Source: the human T2T-CHM13v2.0 reference genome, Homo sapiens
DNA length: 64,000 bases
Direction: 5' to 3' (one strand)
Assembly (NCBI RefSeq): GCF_009914755.1
Contig: NC_060929.1
Under the pieces are notes generated by a model. The model was given only the letters and a program-made list of their open reading frames with translations, did no database searches and was not told where the DNA came from. Shown piece by piece: positions 1 to 12,331 of this stretch (positions are counted from its first letter, which is position 1; each line of letters opens with the position of its first letter). Position numbers and translations under genes: made by a program.

Positions 1-2371
1 CTGCTAATCAGTGCTTAATGAGGGCTTTGCCACGCCATGTTTGAGCACTTGTCAGTATAAGAATATCGATTAGTAAAGCCACCTTTTGGACTTATTGTTG
101 GTAAACTGGGTTGATTTCTGAGGTGGATAAAATGCATGGCTAGATATTCTGTCCACTGTGCTGTTGGCAGGCTGTTGTTTATCACAAGGTTTTAGTGTTC
201 TTAATGAACTGTTAATAAGCTGTCAATTATAGTGTTTATGCAAATTAGGGAAAGAGACATTGAAGGATTGATGTGCCTAGCATTAAAAATGCCTTCTTGA
301 TACGTTATAAAGTAAATAATTCCCCTTTTAATAATTGTCCTTAAACATTTGCTCTTCTTTGCCACTGAAGCATTCCCACGTTGGGCACCCTGGAAAACAA
401 TAGTCCAGGACTTCTTTAAGCATTATACTGAGAAAACAAGACACATCTATCTCTAGGATGTACTTTGCTTTATGTTAGCAATTCTGGAATCATTTTCATT
501 CACCCTCGGCCGTAAGTGAAGTTCAATATCAAGTGTTCTGAAATTCATGGGTAGCTATTCTATGATTCTCATGTGGGGCATCCATTTTTGCCTTTCTTCC
601 CACTGGAGACCATCGACCATGGCGAAGCAACCTCCTCAACCCCTTAAATGTCCTGCGCTAATGGTAGCTGTCCCAAGTCCCATGTGCTTTGTAGTGCCTC
701 AGATTATCTCTTTAGTACAAATCCTTTGTGTGGTTATAAATTGTCAACTGAAACTATTTCTTTTAAAAATCTGCTTCTCTGCCTCTGTCCCGGCAGAAAT
801 ACCTGTCTTTGGCCAGAAAATCCATTAATTTTCTATTCTGGGTTTTTGTTTTTTTATTTCATATGCCCTTGAATGTGTTGACCTAACATGCCCCACCTGA
901 CGTCCTTCAAGGGCCTATACAATTGTCTTGTTCTCTCAGTCATTCTTCCGGCCCCGTTTCCCCAGGCAGAATAAATCAGTTCCTTTCTGCAGCAGCCCCA
1001 GAGTACTTTAAATGAGTTAAATATATTCCAGCACCCCCCACCCCTATTCTGCACACACACACATTCAGAAATTGTGAGCTCTTTCAGGGCTTGGCCTGCT
1101 ATTTATTCATCTTCAGAAATCATGTCATTCAATGTTAGAAAATAGCTACCTCAAGACACTCTGGAAGAAATTCTGCTCAGATTTCCATTTTATAATAAAA
1201 CTAAGGTTATTAAATGGTTCCCAATATTTAAAAGGATAATAATTTTGCCGCAATCTCGTCACTTTTATTTTTAATTGTTGTGATCAGAATTCTATCCAGA
1301 TAGTTATTATGGGAGAACAATTCCTGAAGAATGCTTAACCTCTCAATACAATTAAAGTAGACATCTTTTAAAGGCTCTTAATATTCCCCCCAGAAATGTA
1401 AAATTACATCTTGTTTTGTATTGTGGAAGTCATGTTTTGATTATATGAAATTGGTATTTTACGTGAAAAAAAAAATCTTCTGTTCAGCTTGGAGCATGAA
1501 GGTTTGTGCAGTTGTTAGCACATTACTTATTCCAAAATCATTGAAAATATTATTCTTGCAGGTTTGGGGTTTTTTCTAACCTCATTCGCTCAGCTCTGGG
1601 AGTTATAATGTTTCATAAAGGAAGTATCATAATCTACAGCAAAAATCATGCATCCATATCAGTTGAAATGATGGATTAAGCTGTTTTATTATAAGTATAT
1701 CACAAATGCAATAAATATTTGCCAATGAAATGCAGTTATCATAAGGTTTTGCACAGTGCAATTTCATGTTAATGTCCAAGTAGAATATAGATGGCTTTAT
1801 ATGTTTGGTTATAGTACGTGCTTTGCAGTTTGAAAAATTTATTTGTAAGTGTTGAAAATATAAATATGAGAGTTCAAAGTATCTATGAGTTATTTCTAAA
1901 TACCACTTAACTCCTCCCAAGGCAGATGAGGATAGTATAAAACTGCAATTCTCGTGACTGATAAATCAAATGAAATAATCCAATAAACTGGAAGAAAAAT
2001 TGTGAATTGGTCTTCTGAGAGGCAAGAGAGCATGCTGGTAAGAGCTTGGACTCCGAGGTCAACAAGTATCTTGACCTTCTGGCACCTTCGTTTGTAAGTG
2101 TGGAGATAACACCCAGCTCCTAGGATGGCCTTGGAGATTAAATTAGTTTGGGATAACAAATAGCACTCAGTGAGGGCTTACTATGTGCCAGGTACTATCC
2201 AAATGCAAATTTCAATTTCTAAATTTTAATCTCTCTCTTTAATCAAACATACAGCTTTTGATATTTGATATGCATTCTTGTATTTTCCTCTTAGGTGCTT
2301 TTCAGTTATCTTCCTGAGAATTTGTGCATTTTATGTAGAAATAAGATAAAATACACAAGATATAATATCCT

Positions 2372-2464
2372 ACTGGTCCTTAATTCCACAGCTTAATAAC
2401 TGTATGAACATGGGAAATTACTTAATCTCTCTGCGTCTCAGTTTCTTCAACTATAAAATAACAA

Positions 2465-2496
<32 letters not shown>

Positions 2497-2612
2497 ATGA
2501 TGGTGAAGATGATGACACCTATTTCATGGGGCTGTTGTGAAAATTGAGATGATCCCTGTTAAGTATTTAGCAGAGTGCCTGACAGTGAGTGCTCAATCAC
2601 TTATTATTATTG
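2372..2612 (+). mobile_element. MIR (SINE) with internal trinucleotide expansion
   Basis: Core ttacttaatctctctgcgtctcagtttcttcaactataaaat and 3' part ggctgttgtgaaaattgagatg...gagtgctcaat match the MIR consensus. Confidence 0.75.
2465..2500. repeat. (TGC)7(TGA)5 compound microsatellite
   Basis: Counted directly. Confidence 0.95.
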
Positions 2613-3061
2613 CTGGTAATACTGTCGTTAGCATTACTTTTGCTGTTATTAATGTAGTGTGATTTATTTTTAAATTAGGGTCAATTGAAGGAACTGGGAA
2701 TATTTTGTGAGTAAGGGTTTTTATGTATATCACATTCGTTCTTCTCATAACCTGCCACCCTTCTCATTTTTGTTACTGGGAATGAAATCGACTTCAAAAT
2801 AAACCTAAGAACCCGGACTCCCTTGGATCTGACACTGACCCCAGACGCCAAGCCACAGAGGAGTATGCTGCAGTCATTCTCTCTTTGAAATTCTAATTAA
2901 AAATACATTTTAAAAGTTTTTTAAATGCATGTTTTTCTTGAATTCTGATATGAGCCATGCAATATAAAATGGCACTGTAACATCTCTTCAAATATGCGCA
3001 CTTCTATTCACAATAGTATTTTAAAAAGTAATCTTACAAAAGTTTTATTTAAAAATACCTT

Positions 3062-3292
3062 GCCAGGTGTGGTAGTGCATGTCTGTAGTCCCAGCTGTTC
3101 AGGAGGCTACCCCTCTTGGGTTTGTTTTCTCTAAAATAAACCTGTCCTTAATTGTCAAGACACCGTTCATGTTTCTTTCCTCTTTCTTTAATTCTTACAG
3201 GGGTGGGAAGATTGCTTGAGCCCAAGTGTTTGAGACCAACCTGGGCAACATAGTGACACCTTGCCTTTACAAAAAAAAAAAAAAAAAAAAAA
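3062..3292 (+). mobile_element. FLAM-type Alu monomer, interrupted at 3109-3199
   Basis: gccaggtgtggtagtgcatgtctgtagtcccagc...ggaggct / ggggtgggaagattgcttgagcccaag...ctgggcaacatagtg followed by a poly-A tail. Confidence 0.85.
3109..3199 (+). mobile_element. 3'-terminal fragment of an ERV LTR (LTR19-like, family tentative)
   Basis: AATAAA followed by a U5-like pyrimidine-rich end ...tttcctctttctttaattcttaCA. Confidence 0.55.
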
Positions 3293-3898
3293 ATTCTAGA
3301 TTTAAGCATTTTGGTAATGCTTCCATTTCACTGCTTCTTTCTTAACTGTTTTGGTGTGATTGCGATCCATTTTGTAGTTCACTAATTTGGTATTTAACTG
3401 AACTGATCTGTCAGATCTATCAAAACATGGGCTGTTGATACAATTTGAGCTATTTCTTCATCGTACCTGTGTTTACTTTGAGAGTTTATCAGCGAATGTT
3501 TATCAAGAATTTGGAAGCCTAGCAGCAAGGTGAATTCTAGAAGAAAAAAAAATCAACAACATATGCTCTACATTTTTTTCAATACTAAATTGATCATCTC
3601 AAACATTATTTTCACTACAAAAACCTCCATGAGTCACATAAATAGCTTGTCCTTTCAAGATCATAGAATAAAAACTACAAGGACAGATGTGCTCTAGATG
3701 TCATTTCCCAGCTGGGGCACTGTGAGCAACATGGCAGGGGTGAAAGAACAACATGTGGTCAGGATGCCTTCGTGTGTTCAGTTTTTATTTTCAAAGAAAA
3801 AGTAAAAAAAAGGATGAAAGAAGTGGGGAAGGAAGAGAGGGAGGGAGAAAGAAAGAGAAAGAAAAAGAGAAAGACAAAACAACCAAAAGAAACAGAAA

Positions 3899-4188
3899 GG
3901 CCGGGCGCGGTGGCTCACGGCTGTAATACCAACACTTTGGGAGGCCAAGGTCGTGGATCACCTGAGGTTGGGGGTTCGAGATAAGCCTGGCCAACAGGGT
4001 GAAACCCCATCTCTACTAATGATACAAAAATTAGCTGGGCGTGGTGGTGGGCACCTGTAATCCCAGCTACTTGGGAGGCTGAGGCAGCAGAATTGCTTGA
4101 ACCCAGGAGGTGGATAGTCCAGTGAGCCGAGATCACACCACTGCACTCTGGCCTGGGTGACAAGAGTGAAACATCTCAGGAAAAAAAG
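3899..4188 (+). mobile_element. AluS
   Basis: ggccgggcgcggtggctcac start, dimeric body; tail merges into the purine array. Confidence 0.95.
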
Positions 4189-5108
4189 AAAGGAAGGAAG
4201 GGAAGGAAGGGAAGCAAGGGGAGGAAGAGAAGGAAGGGAAGGAAGGGAGGGAGGGAAGGATGGGAAGGAAGGGAAGGACGGGAAGGAAGGGAAGGAAGGA
4301 AGGACGGGAAGGAAGGGAAGGAAGGGACGGGAGGGAAGGAAGGGAAGGAAGAAAGGACGGAAAGGAAGGGAAGGAAGGGAAGGAAGGAAGGACGGGAAGG
4401 AAGGGAAGGAAGGGACGGGAGGGAAGGAAGGGAAGAAGGAAGGACGGAAAGGAAGGGAAGGAAGGGAAGGAAGGAAGGACGGAAAGGAAGGGAAGGAAGG
4501 GAAGGAAGGAAGGACGGGAAGGAAGGGAAGGAAGGGAAGGAAGGAAGGACGGGAAGGAAGGGAAGGAAGGGAAGGAAGGAAGGACGGGAAGGAAGGGAAG
4601 GAAGGGAAGGAAGGAAGGACGGAAAGGAAGGGAAGGAAGGGACGGGAGGGAAGGAAGGGAAGAAGGAAGGACGGAAAGGAAGGGAAGGAAGGGAAGGAAG
4701 GAAGGACGGAAAGGAAGGGAAGGAAGGGACGGGAGGGAAGGAAGGGAAGGAAGAAAGGACGGAAAGGAAGGGAAGGAAGGGACGGGAGGGAAGGAAGGGA
4801 AGGAAGGAAGGACGGGAAGGAAGGGAAGGAAGGGACGGGAGGGAAGGAAGGGAAGGAAGAAAGGACGGAAAGGAAGGGAAGGAAGGGAAGGAAGGAAGGA
4901 CGGGAAGGAAGGGAAGGAAGGGAAGGAAGGAAGGACGGAAAGGAAGGGAAGGAAGGGACGGGAGGGAAGGAAGGGAAGAAGGAAGGACGGAAAGGAAGGG
5001 AAGGAAGGGAAGGAAGGAAGGACGGAAAGGAAGGGAAGGAAGGGAAGGAAGGAAGGACGGAAAGGAAGGGAAGGAAGGAAGGAAGGAAAGAAAGAAAAAG
5101 AGAAAGAA
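4189..5108. repeat. GGAA/GGGAA-based polypurine minisatellite (35/52/53-bp modules)
   Basis: Almost pure purine on +; C is essentially restricted to GGAC/GGGAC; module-start spacings counted directly. Confidence 0.97.
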
Positions 5109-6489
5109 GCCAACAATAATAATTCCTGGTTTCAGTATCTGGTATTCTAGTGTATTTTTCCATTCAGATTCACTAATTCAGAATTTTCTCTATTCCCTCC
5201 TTTTTTTGTCTGTTACTATTAATTTATGCAAGTCTTTTACTATCTCAATTTAAAATGAGTATTTTCTTTCTATAAAAGGCAAAATGCTATAGATACAGAG
5301 ATCATGCTGTCTCCTCAATAGATATATGAGTTTTTTAAAAAATTAATTACTATTATGGCTACATTGAAATGATTAGTAGGAAATGAATCTAAATTGCTTC
5401 TAAAACAATAAAGTTTAAGTGCCTCAGTAACCCTATCCTTTGAATAAATACAACCAAATTTTAGTTAGGTAAATTTTGTTTTGCAAACTTCTACAGGTTA
5501 TTGAAATTCTTAAAGACTGCTATTGTGTTTTTTTAAAAATAACATTTTGGTCTTCAAATACGTTACTAATCAGCAGCATTCATTTATGGTATACCTAAAA
5601 CATGCTAGTAAAACTGTAAGCTTCTTTCTTCCTTTTTTATTTTATATATGCTCATTCAAATTTGACTACTTCAAAGTTTTGAAATTGAGAAAAAAGAATT
5701 TGAAATTTCACATGTGCCTTTGCAAAAAGTAAAATGATTAATTTGCCTGCAATGCTTTTACAGTGTGTCATACTGAAGGCTTGAAGGATGTATTTGATCT
5801 TATCTTAAAATTGAGTGGCCTTGTTTTAGTATATAACTCTGAACAATGAAAAAAAAGAGCATTTTCTGTATCCCAGGTTGCTTTTATAAATGATATCCAC
5901 CTTCAATAATTGTTCAATCGAGGCCGAGCTCAGTGCATAGAGACAAGAATGTATTTCTTCTCTTTCTTAACAGTGGTCAGGGCCTTACACAAGGATGTGT
6001 TCATGTTTTGTTCCTTTGGGCTTCTTGAGGCTCATGGTAGTTCACTGAGAACATGTTCCATCACTATTAAAAATAATGTCCTTCTTCATCAGTAACATCC
6101 TAATGTCCTTTAAGTGTTAAACCCATCCCTTTCTGCATTCCCAGAAAGTATTTTTATACACGTGTGTTTTTTTCTCTCTCCTGGCAAATCTATAAATGGA
6201 ATTTTTGAATGGAATCCTATGATATAAATATCTTTTAAAGCTTTCTCATAGTTTTACCTGCTTTGCAATGAGCCATTTTCTCTTCAAAATCAATGCCTCT
6301 CATTAAGACAACTTCTGGCAGGGATGAGGATCTAGCATCAGTTTATAGAAAAGTGGTCATGATTTTGCCTCTGGGTTTGTTTTAATTGTTCCTCTCCATG
6401 CAGCAAGCTCTGTGGTTTGAGTAGCAGAGAATTCATTTGTAAGCTTGCCTCCTATGTTTCTCAAAAGATTGTTGTGAGGACTAAATTAA

Positions 6490-7325
<836 letters not shown>

Positions 7326-7351
7326 AATAATTATGTATGTAAAAATCTACC

Positions 7352-7498
7352 AAGATTGAATCCTGACTCTGCCACTTACTTCCCTAAGCCTCAGTTTTGT
7401 TATCTGTAAAATGGCCATCACGATCAATCAAACTCGTACGGTAGAGATTAAATAAAATAATCAACGTAATGTGCTTTGTCCACCATAAGTATTCAACA
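7352..7498 (+). mobile_element. MIR fragment
   Basis: gaatcctgactctgccacttact...gcctcagttttgttatctgtaaaatgg. Confidence 0.75.
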
Positions 7499-9042
7499 GA
7501 AGGAGGTGTTCATTTAGGTTTTTCTTAGAAGTCCCCTTGGTTCTCCAGCCTGGGCCGTTCATTAGTTTATTTTGTGCTCTCCTCCTGTCCCTTAATATCT
7601 GAAATTTTTGACAATTTTCTCTGAGATTCCTGGCATTTGGGCTTCCGGAGATGGCGGGGGGTCTGGTTTGCTGTCTGTTAATTTTAGCTATTCTCCGCTG
7701 GAAGTGCCATCACAACTAGAATAACCAGAGAGAATGGGAGGTGGTGCAGCCTATTAAGTGGCCCCATGGGGCTGCCCTAGCAGCAAAAATCAAAACAAAC
7801 AAACAGAATCCCAAAACAGGTTTGGGCTTTAGGGGTTTTGAAAAATGGACATTTTTCCCATTAATAACATATCCGTTAAACTCTACTGTGACAGCTCTCA
7901 CAAAGTTTCTTCTAATAACAACATTTCTAATCCAAAATCATTCATTCTGCCTACAAATGTCAGAGCCAAACAATACCTAGCAGATAATTTGGTCCACAGT
8001 TTTCAAGAATACAGGGAGTAGAAAATAGAAATAGGTAATCTACTGCTATGTCATATTTCCAATGTTTCTATGCAAGCCAATCACTTTATGGAGCCTGAAA
8101 AATTCAAGAATTTTAATGATTCGAAATATCTAGTTGAATGGCTGGTAATCTTCTCTCTTATTTGGGGAATCCCAAAGCTAAAGTTGTACATAAAGAAAGA
8201 ATTTAAACCTTTGAATATAGAACAAATGATCTACGAATCTTTATTGTTAGCCTAGCCATAATATTACTATGAAATTTTCATAGTGAGGGCATAACATTTA
8301 GATTTTAGGTCATTAAGACAATTATCAATTTCTTTTTATCTGAACCATTACATATGGAAGAAAATGATGTACCTTATTTCATTGCTTGGTTAATATCAGC
8401 CTGTGAAAGAGAAAGATATTTTCAGAAGAGATACAAAATGACTTAGGTTAGTTCCCCCATATTTAGGTTGATAGCAAAGAAGGCAGGAAAAATATTTTTA
8501 GAATGTTAAAGCTGGGACAAAAGTGTATCGCAAGTAATTTGGGTATCAAGGGGAAAAACATTAAAAATCTTTGATAGAAAGTGAAGAAAATTATTTTAAA
8601 AATGAGAGTACTTCTTAACAACCAAGATTCAGGAAAAGTTTGAATGAAAGGAAATTTAAGACAGTTGTTTTGCATTACATTATTATATCTCTCCTTTCTC
8701 TTTGCCTAGCTAATGTTGTCTAAAAAATAGATTGCATTCAATCTTGAAATATATATGTATACTTCCCTATCTACATCTATCTATATACACAACAACAGAC
8801 ATTTATCGATTTATATATCCATGTACATATTAATCATAACTTAGGAATGACAAGATAAACTTGTTTTTCCTACCACCCAGTGTTTTTTAAAAAGGCGTTC
8901 TCTGTTAATACAGAATAACTGCAAATAATATTTTCATGACTATGTCATATGAATAAAATAGGAATTTTAATCATTTATGTATTTACAGTGAGAATCATTA
9001 TGAATTTATGATTTTACATTTAGCTCATGATTCCAAGGTGTG

Positions 9043-9092
9043 ATATATATATATACATATATATATACATATATACATATATATATATATAT
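9043..9092. repeat. (TA)n/(TATACA)n microsatellite
   Basis: Seen directly. Confidence 0.9.
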
Positions 9093-11253
9093 GGAAGTTC
9101 AATGCTTTCTGTAAACTGGAATTTTAAGTGTATATCTACACTTGAGAAAAATAATGGTCAAGATAAGAGAAAAATATATGGAAGTTAAATTCTAATGCAG
9201 TAAAAACCCCCCTGGAAACAAACTGTTACCCCTGGTCAATTACTCACTTGCCACCATAGATTTTTAGGAGAGATTCGCAATATGGGAAAGCACAGTGAGT
9301 GGTTTACCTCCATAAAACAGCTCATCATCAACGTGAACTCGTATTTAAATCTGAATTACCAGCATCTGAATTTTTCAGCATGAGGCAGCAAAAGATTGAA
9401 AAGCAGTGTTTTCTGATATTGCTCTAAATTATGATTTCCATAGATATAACCTTTATCATTTCTTCTCCATACCGGAAAAATAAAAACCGGTTAAGGTAAC
9501 CCCACTGCATTCTTTTCTTCTGCTTGTTGTACACTTCACAGTCACAGAGTGAATCAGCTTTGCTAAACGCATTCATTAGTGCCCAATTTGTTTCTCTTCA
9601 TCTCTTTGAAGAAATCTTGCAAGCTGTTGGAACGCTTATTTTATTTTGATTCCACAGTGGAAAATTGTATTCACATAAGTAAGCATATACCAAACAGCAA
9701 TAAATCATTATTTCTCAGATGACCAATATCAGCAGGAATCTCATATACTTCTCTGCTGGAGTTGATTTCCAAATTCATTGAATAATTATTGGTGCTGCTT
9801 TTCATAAGTGAAAAACATTTTTTCCTTTCTATTCCAGTTAACTTTTAAATGCTACCTTTCTCCCTCATTTCCACCGCACATCTGAGAATTATTTGTAAAG
9901 GAGGGAAAAAGTCAAACTTTGTATTCAGCAAATGTCAAGGTGGTTAGATGGAATATAACCCTTGACAACTGCCCCACCAGCCCTGAAATTTAGACGTTCA
10001 TAGTATGTACTTTGGTCAAAGATTGAATATCATGTTAGACTGTTGATAAATGAAATAAATACACGTTATTGCTTTAATGTTTTAAGGAAAATCTGAGAAT
10101 TTATTAGAGTGCTTTAAAATGCAACATTTAGACTAGTAAATTTCTGTTTTCTTTTGCTCTGCCAAAAGACAACAATTTATTGTTGTTTCACTTCCCAAAG
10201 TATTAATTGGATTTTGGTAATAAATATTGAATTTTTTTTTTTAGTAACAGACACATGCATTTCTGTATTTTTTCCTTAACAAAGTTTATTAACAGCAGGT
10301 AATCTGTATACTTTGACCTGAAAATGAATTTATAAAATATCTGTTGGTGTCAAGTCCATTTTAATACAGATTAAATATCGTGGCCATGTTCTACAAAGTG
10401 TGAGTTCTCTACTCAGTATATTTTTAATGGCTTCTGTACACACTGTATTATGTTAGGTGTTGTTATAAGGAAACAACCAAAAAAGATTTTAAAATTAATT
10501 TCAGAACTTAGACTTGAGAAGGGTAACAGTATCAGGTGGAGATTAAGACTAATATGTAGATTCTTTCTGTTTATGCTGTTACTCTTTCAAAGATTATTTT
10601 CCCCTCTTATGCTTTTTATTGCTGTTCTTGATTTTTTTGAGCTACTAATTGTTAGCTAAGTTAAAGCAATTTAAAGGATATATATTTCTAAATTGGTTTT
10701 TTTCTTTGAGTTAAAACCTGAACATAGCTAATACTTGAGCATAAAGTAATGTGACATTTGTACTATTGGTATCGTCCTATCAAGTATATAGTCTTTCTAT
10801 TAATCTCCACATTGATCTTTTCCTCCTAAAGTGAAAATATGGTATAAATATTTACATAATTCAAAAAATAATGATAAACTCTAAGAAACATTTTCGTGTA
10901 AAACATCATTGTTCACATTATGATCTTATCTTTTTATGAGGAAAGCCTCCTAATCTTTAAATTGATATATTTACAAAAAGCACAATATAGTTCAGATCTT
11001 TGAACCATCCAGGGTAAGTCAATATGATATTTTTAATAAAACGGTATAGATGTAACTACAAAATTATCAATGTAACATATCTTTGTATTATCTTGTGTTG
11101 AGATCCTTTAGCTTCTACAAAAAAATTTAATATGAAAATGAGTTTTAATTAGCATAATAAACAGCTTACATTTCAGATATCCTACTACATCTTAATATAA
11201 CTCTTATTAAATAAGTATATATTGGAATCATATTAATTCATTCAGATAATTAG

Positions 11254-11550
11254 GGCTGGGCGCAGTGGCTCACGCCTGTAATACCAGCACTTTGGGAGGC
11301 CGAGATGGGCAAATCATGAGGTCAGGAGTTCGAGACCAGCCTGGCCAACATGGAGAAACTCCATCTCTACTAAAAATACAAAAAATTAGCTGGATATGGT
11401 GGCAGGTGCCCGTACTACTCAGGAGGCTGAGGTAGGAGAATCGATTGAACCCGGGAGGCAGAGGTTGCAGTGAGCTGAGATGTGCTGCTGCGCTCCAGCC
11501 TGGGCAACAGTGAAAGACTCTATCTCAAAAAAAAAAAAAAAAAAAAAAAA
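11254..11550 (+). mobile_element. AluS (Sg-like)
   Basis: Dimeric Alu with atcatgaggtcaggagttcgagaccagcc and an A-tail. Confidence 0.93.
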
Positions 11551-12331
11551 GACAAATAATTTAATAATATAGGAAAACATTTTTAAACTAGACAAGACAA
11601 AATTTTTAATGTTTATTCTCAAAATACTCAACCAAATTGTTTTCAAAATAAGTATTTTATATTTCAGATGTAATCTCAAAAAATGAATTTTTATTCAATT
11701 ATGGAGCTTCTGAACTTCATACATTCATTTAAAAATCATTAAAAATGATTAAGAAGTCCACAACACAATACTCTGTCTTGTCTGAATTTTATGTGGATTT
11801 AGTATAATGAAAACTTTAGAAGTATATGACAGGACATTAAATTCATGACTCCATATTAATAAAGTAGCTAAGGCTTAAAATATTAGAATATACAGCCATA
11901 ATATATTATTATTTATGGACAGCATCTATTCTCATGCAAAGAAAATACACACGTAGTTCAAATTCTGTGAGTTTCTTTGACCTTATGGAAAAGAAGAAAA
12001 TTATAGATTCAGATGTAGATTAGTTATTGAGTTGAATATGTCAAATTACCCAACTACCTTCTTGTTCAGAAATTAACAAAATAGCAGATAGAACCACTTG
12101 ACTGGAGATAACTTATCTAGTAGTTGATGCCAACGTAGTGGCAATATATATAGCATTCCAATCTAGATTTTCTATACCTCATTTATGGATCACCTGTTTA
12201 TTTTCTTAAGCAATTCTCCAATAAGCAGAGTCATTTTCTATTGTACATCTTATCAGTAGTTTCATGGGGGGGAAAGGAATAATGTAATCAGAGAGATCTG
12301 GAGAATACTGTGTAGTCAATGCCTTAGATAC

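Noticed and set aside
4302-5055. Regular ~35-bp periodicity suggesting a CRISPR-like array
   Set aside because: No unique spacers, no cas genes, eukaryotic context; it is a minisatellite.
3958-5163. Four overlapping 296-401 aa ORFs (GRKE-rich and PSFL-rich)
   Set aside because: Stop codons cannot form in a GGAA/TTCC array; these are repeat artefacts.
7644-7660. CTCF-like motif tccggagatggcgg
   Set aside because: Three mismatches in the 5' half of the core.
9933-9967. Small bulged hairpin tgtcaagg...ccttgaca
   Set aside because: Too short to distinguish from chance.
11010-11020. Isolated GTAAG donor motifs (also near 15887, 25651, 34944, 44635, 59772)
   Set aside because: No good paired acceptor or open frame; expected at background frequency.
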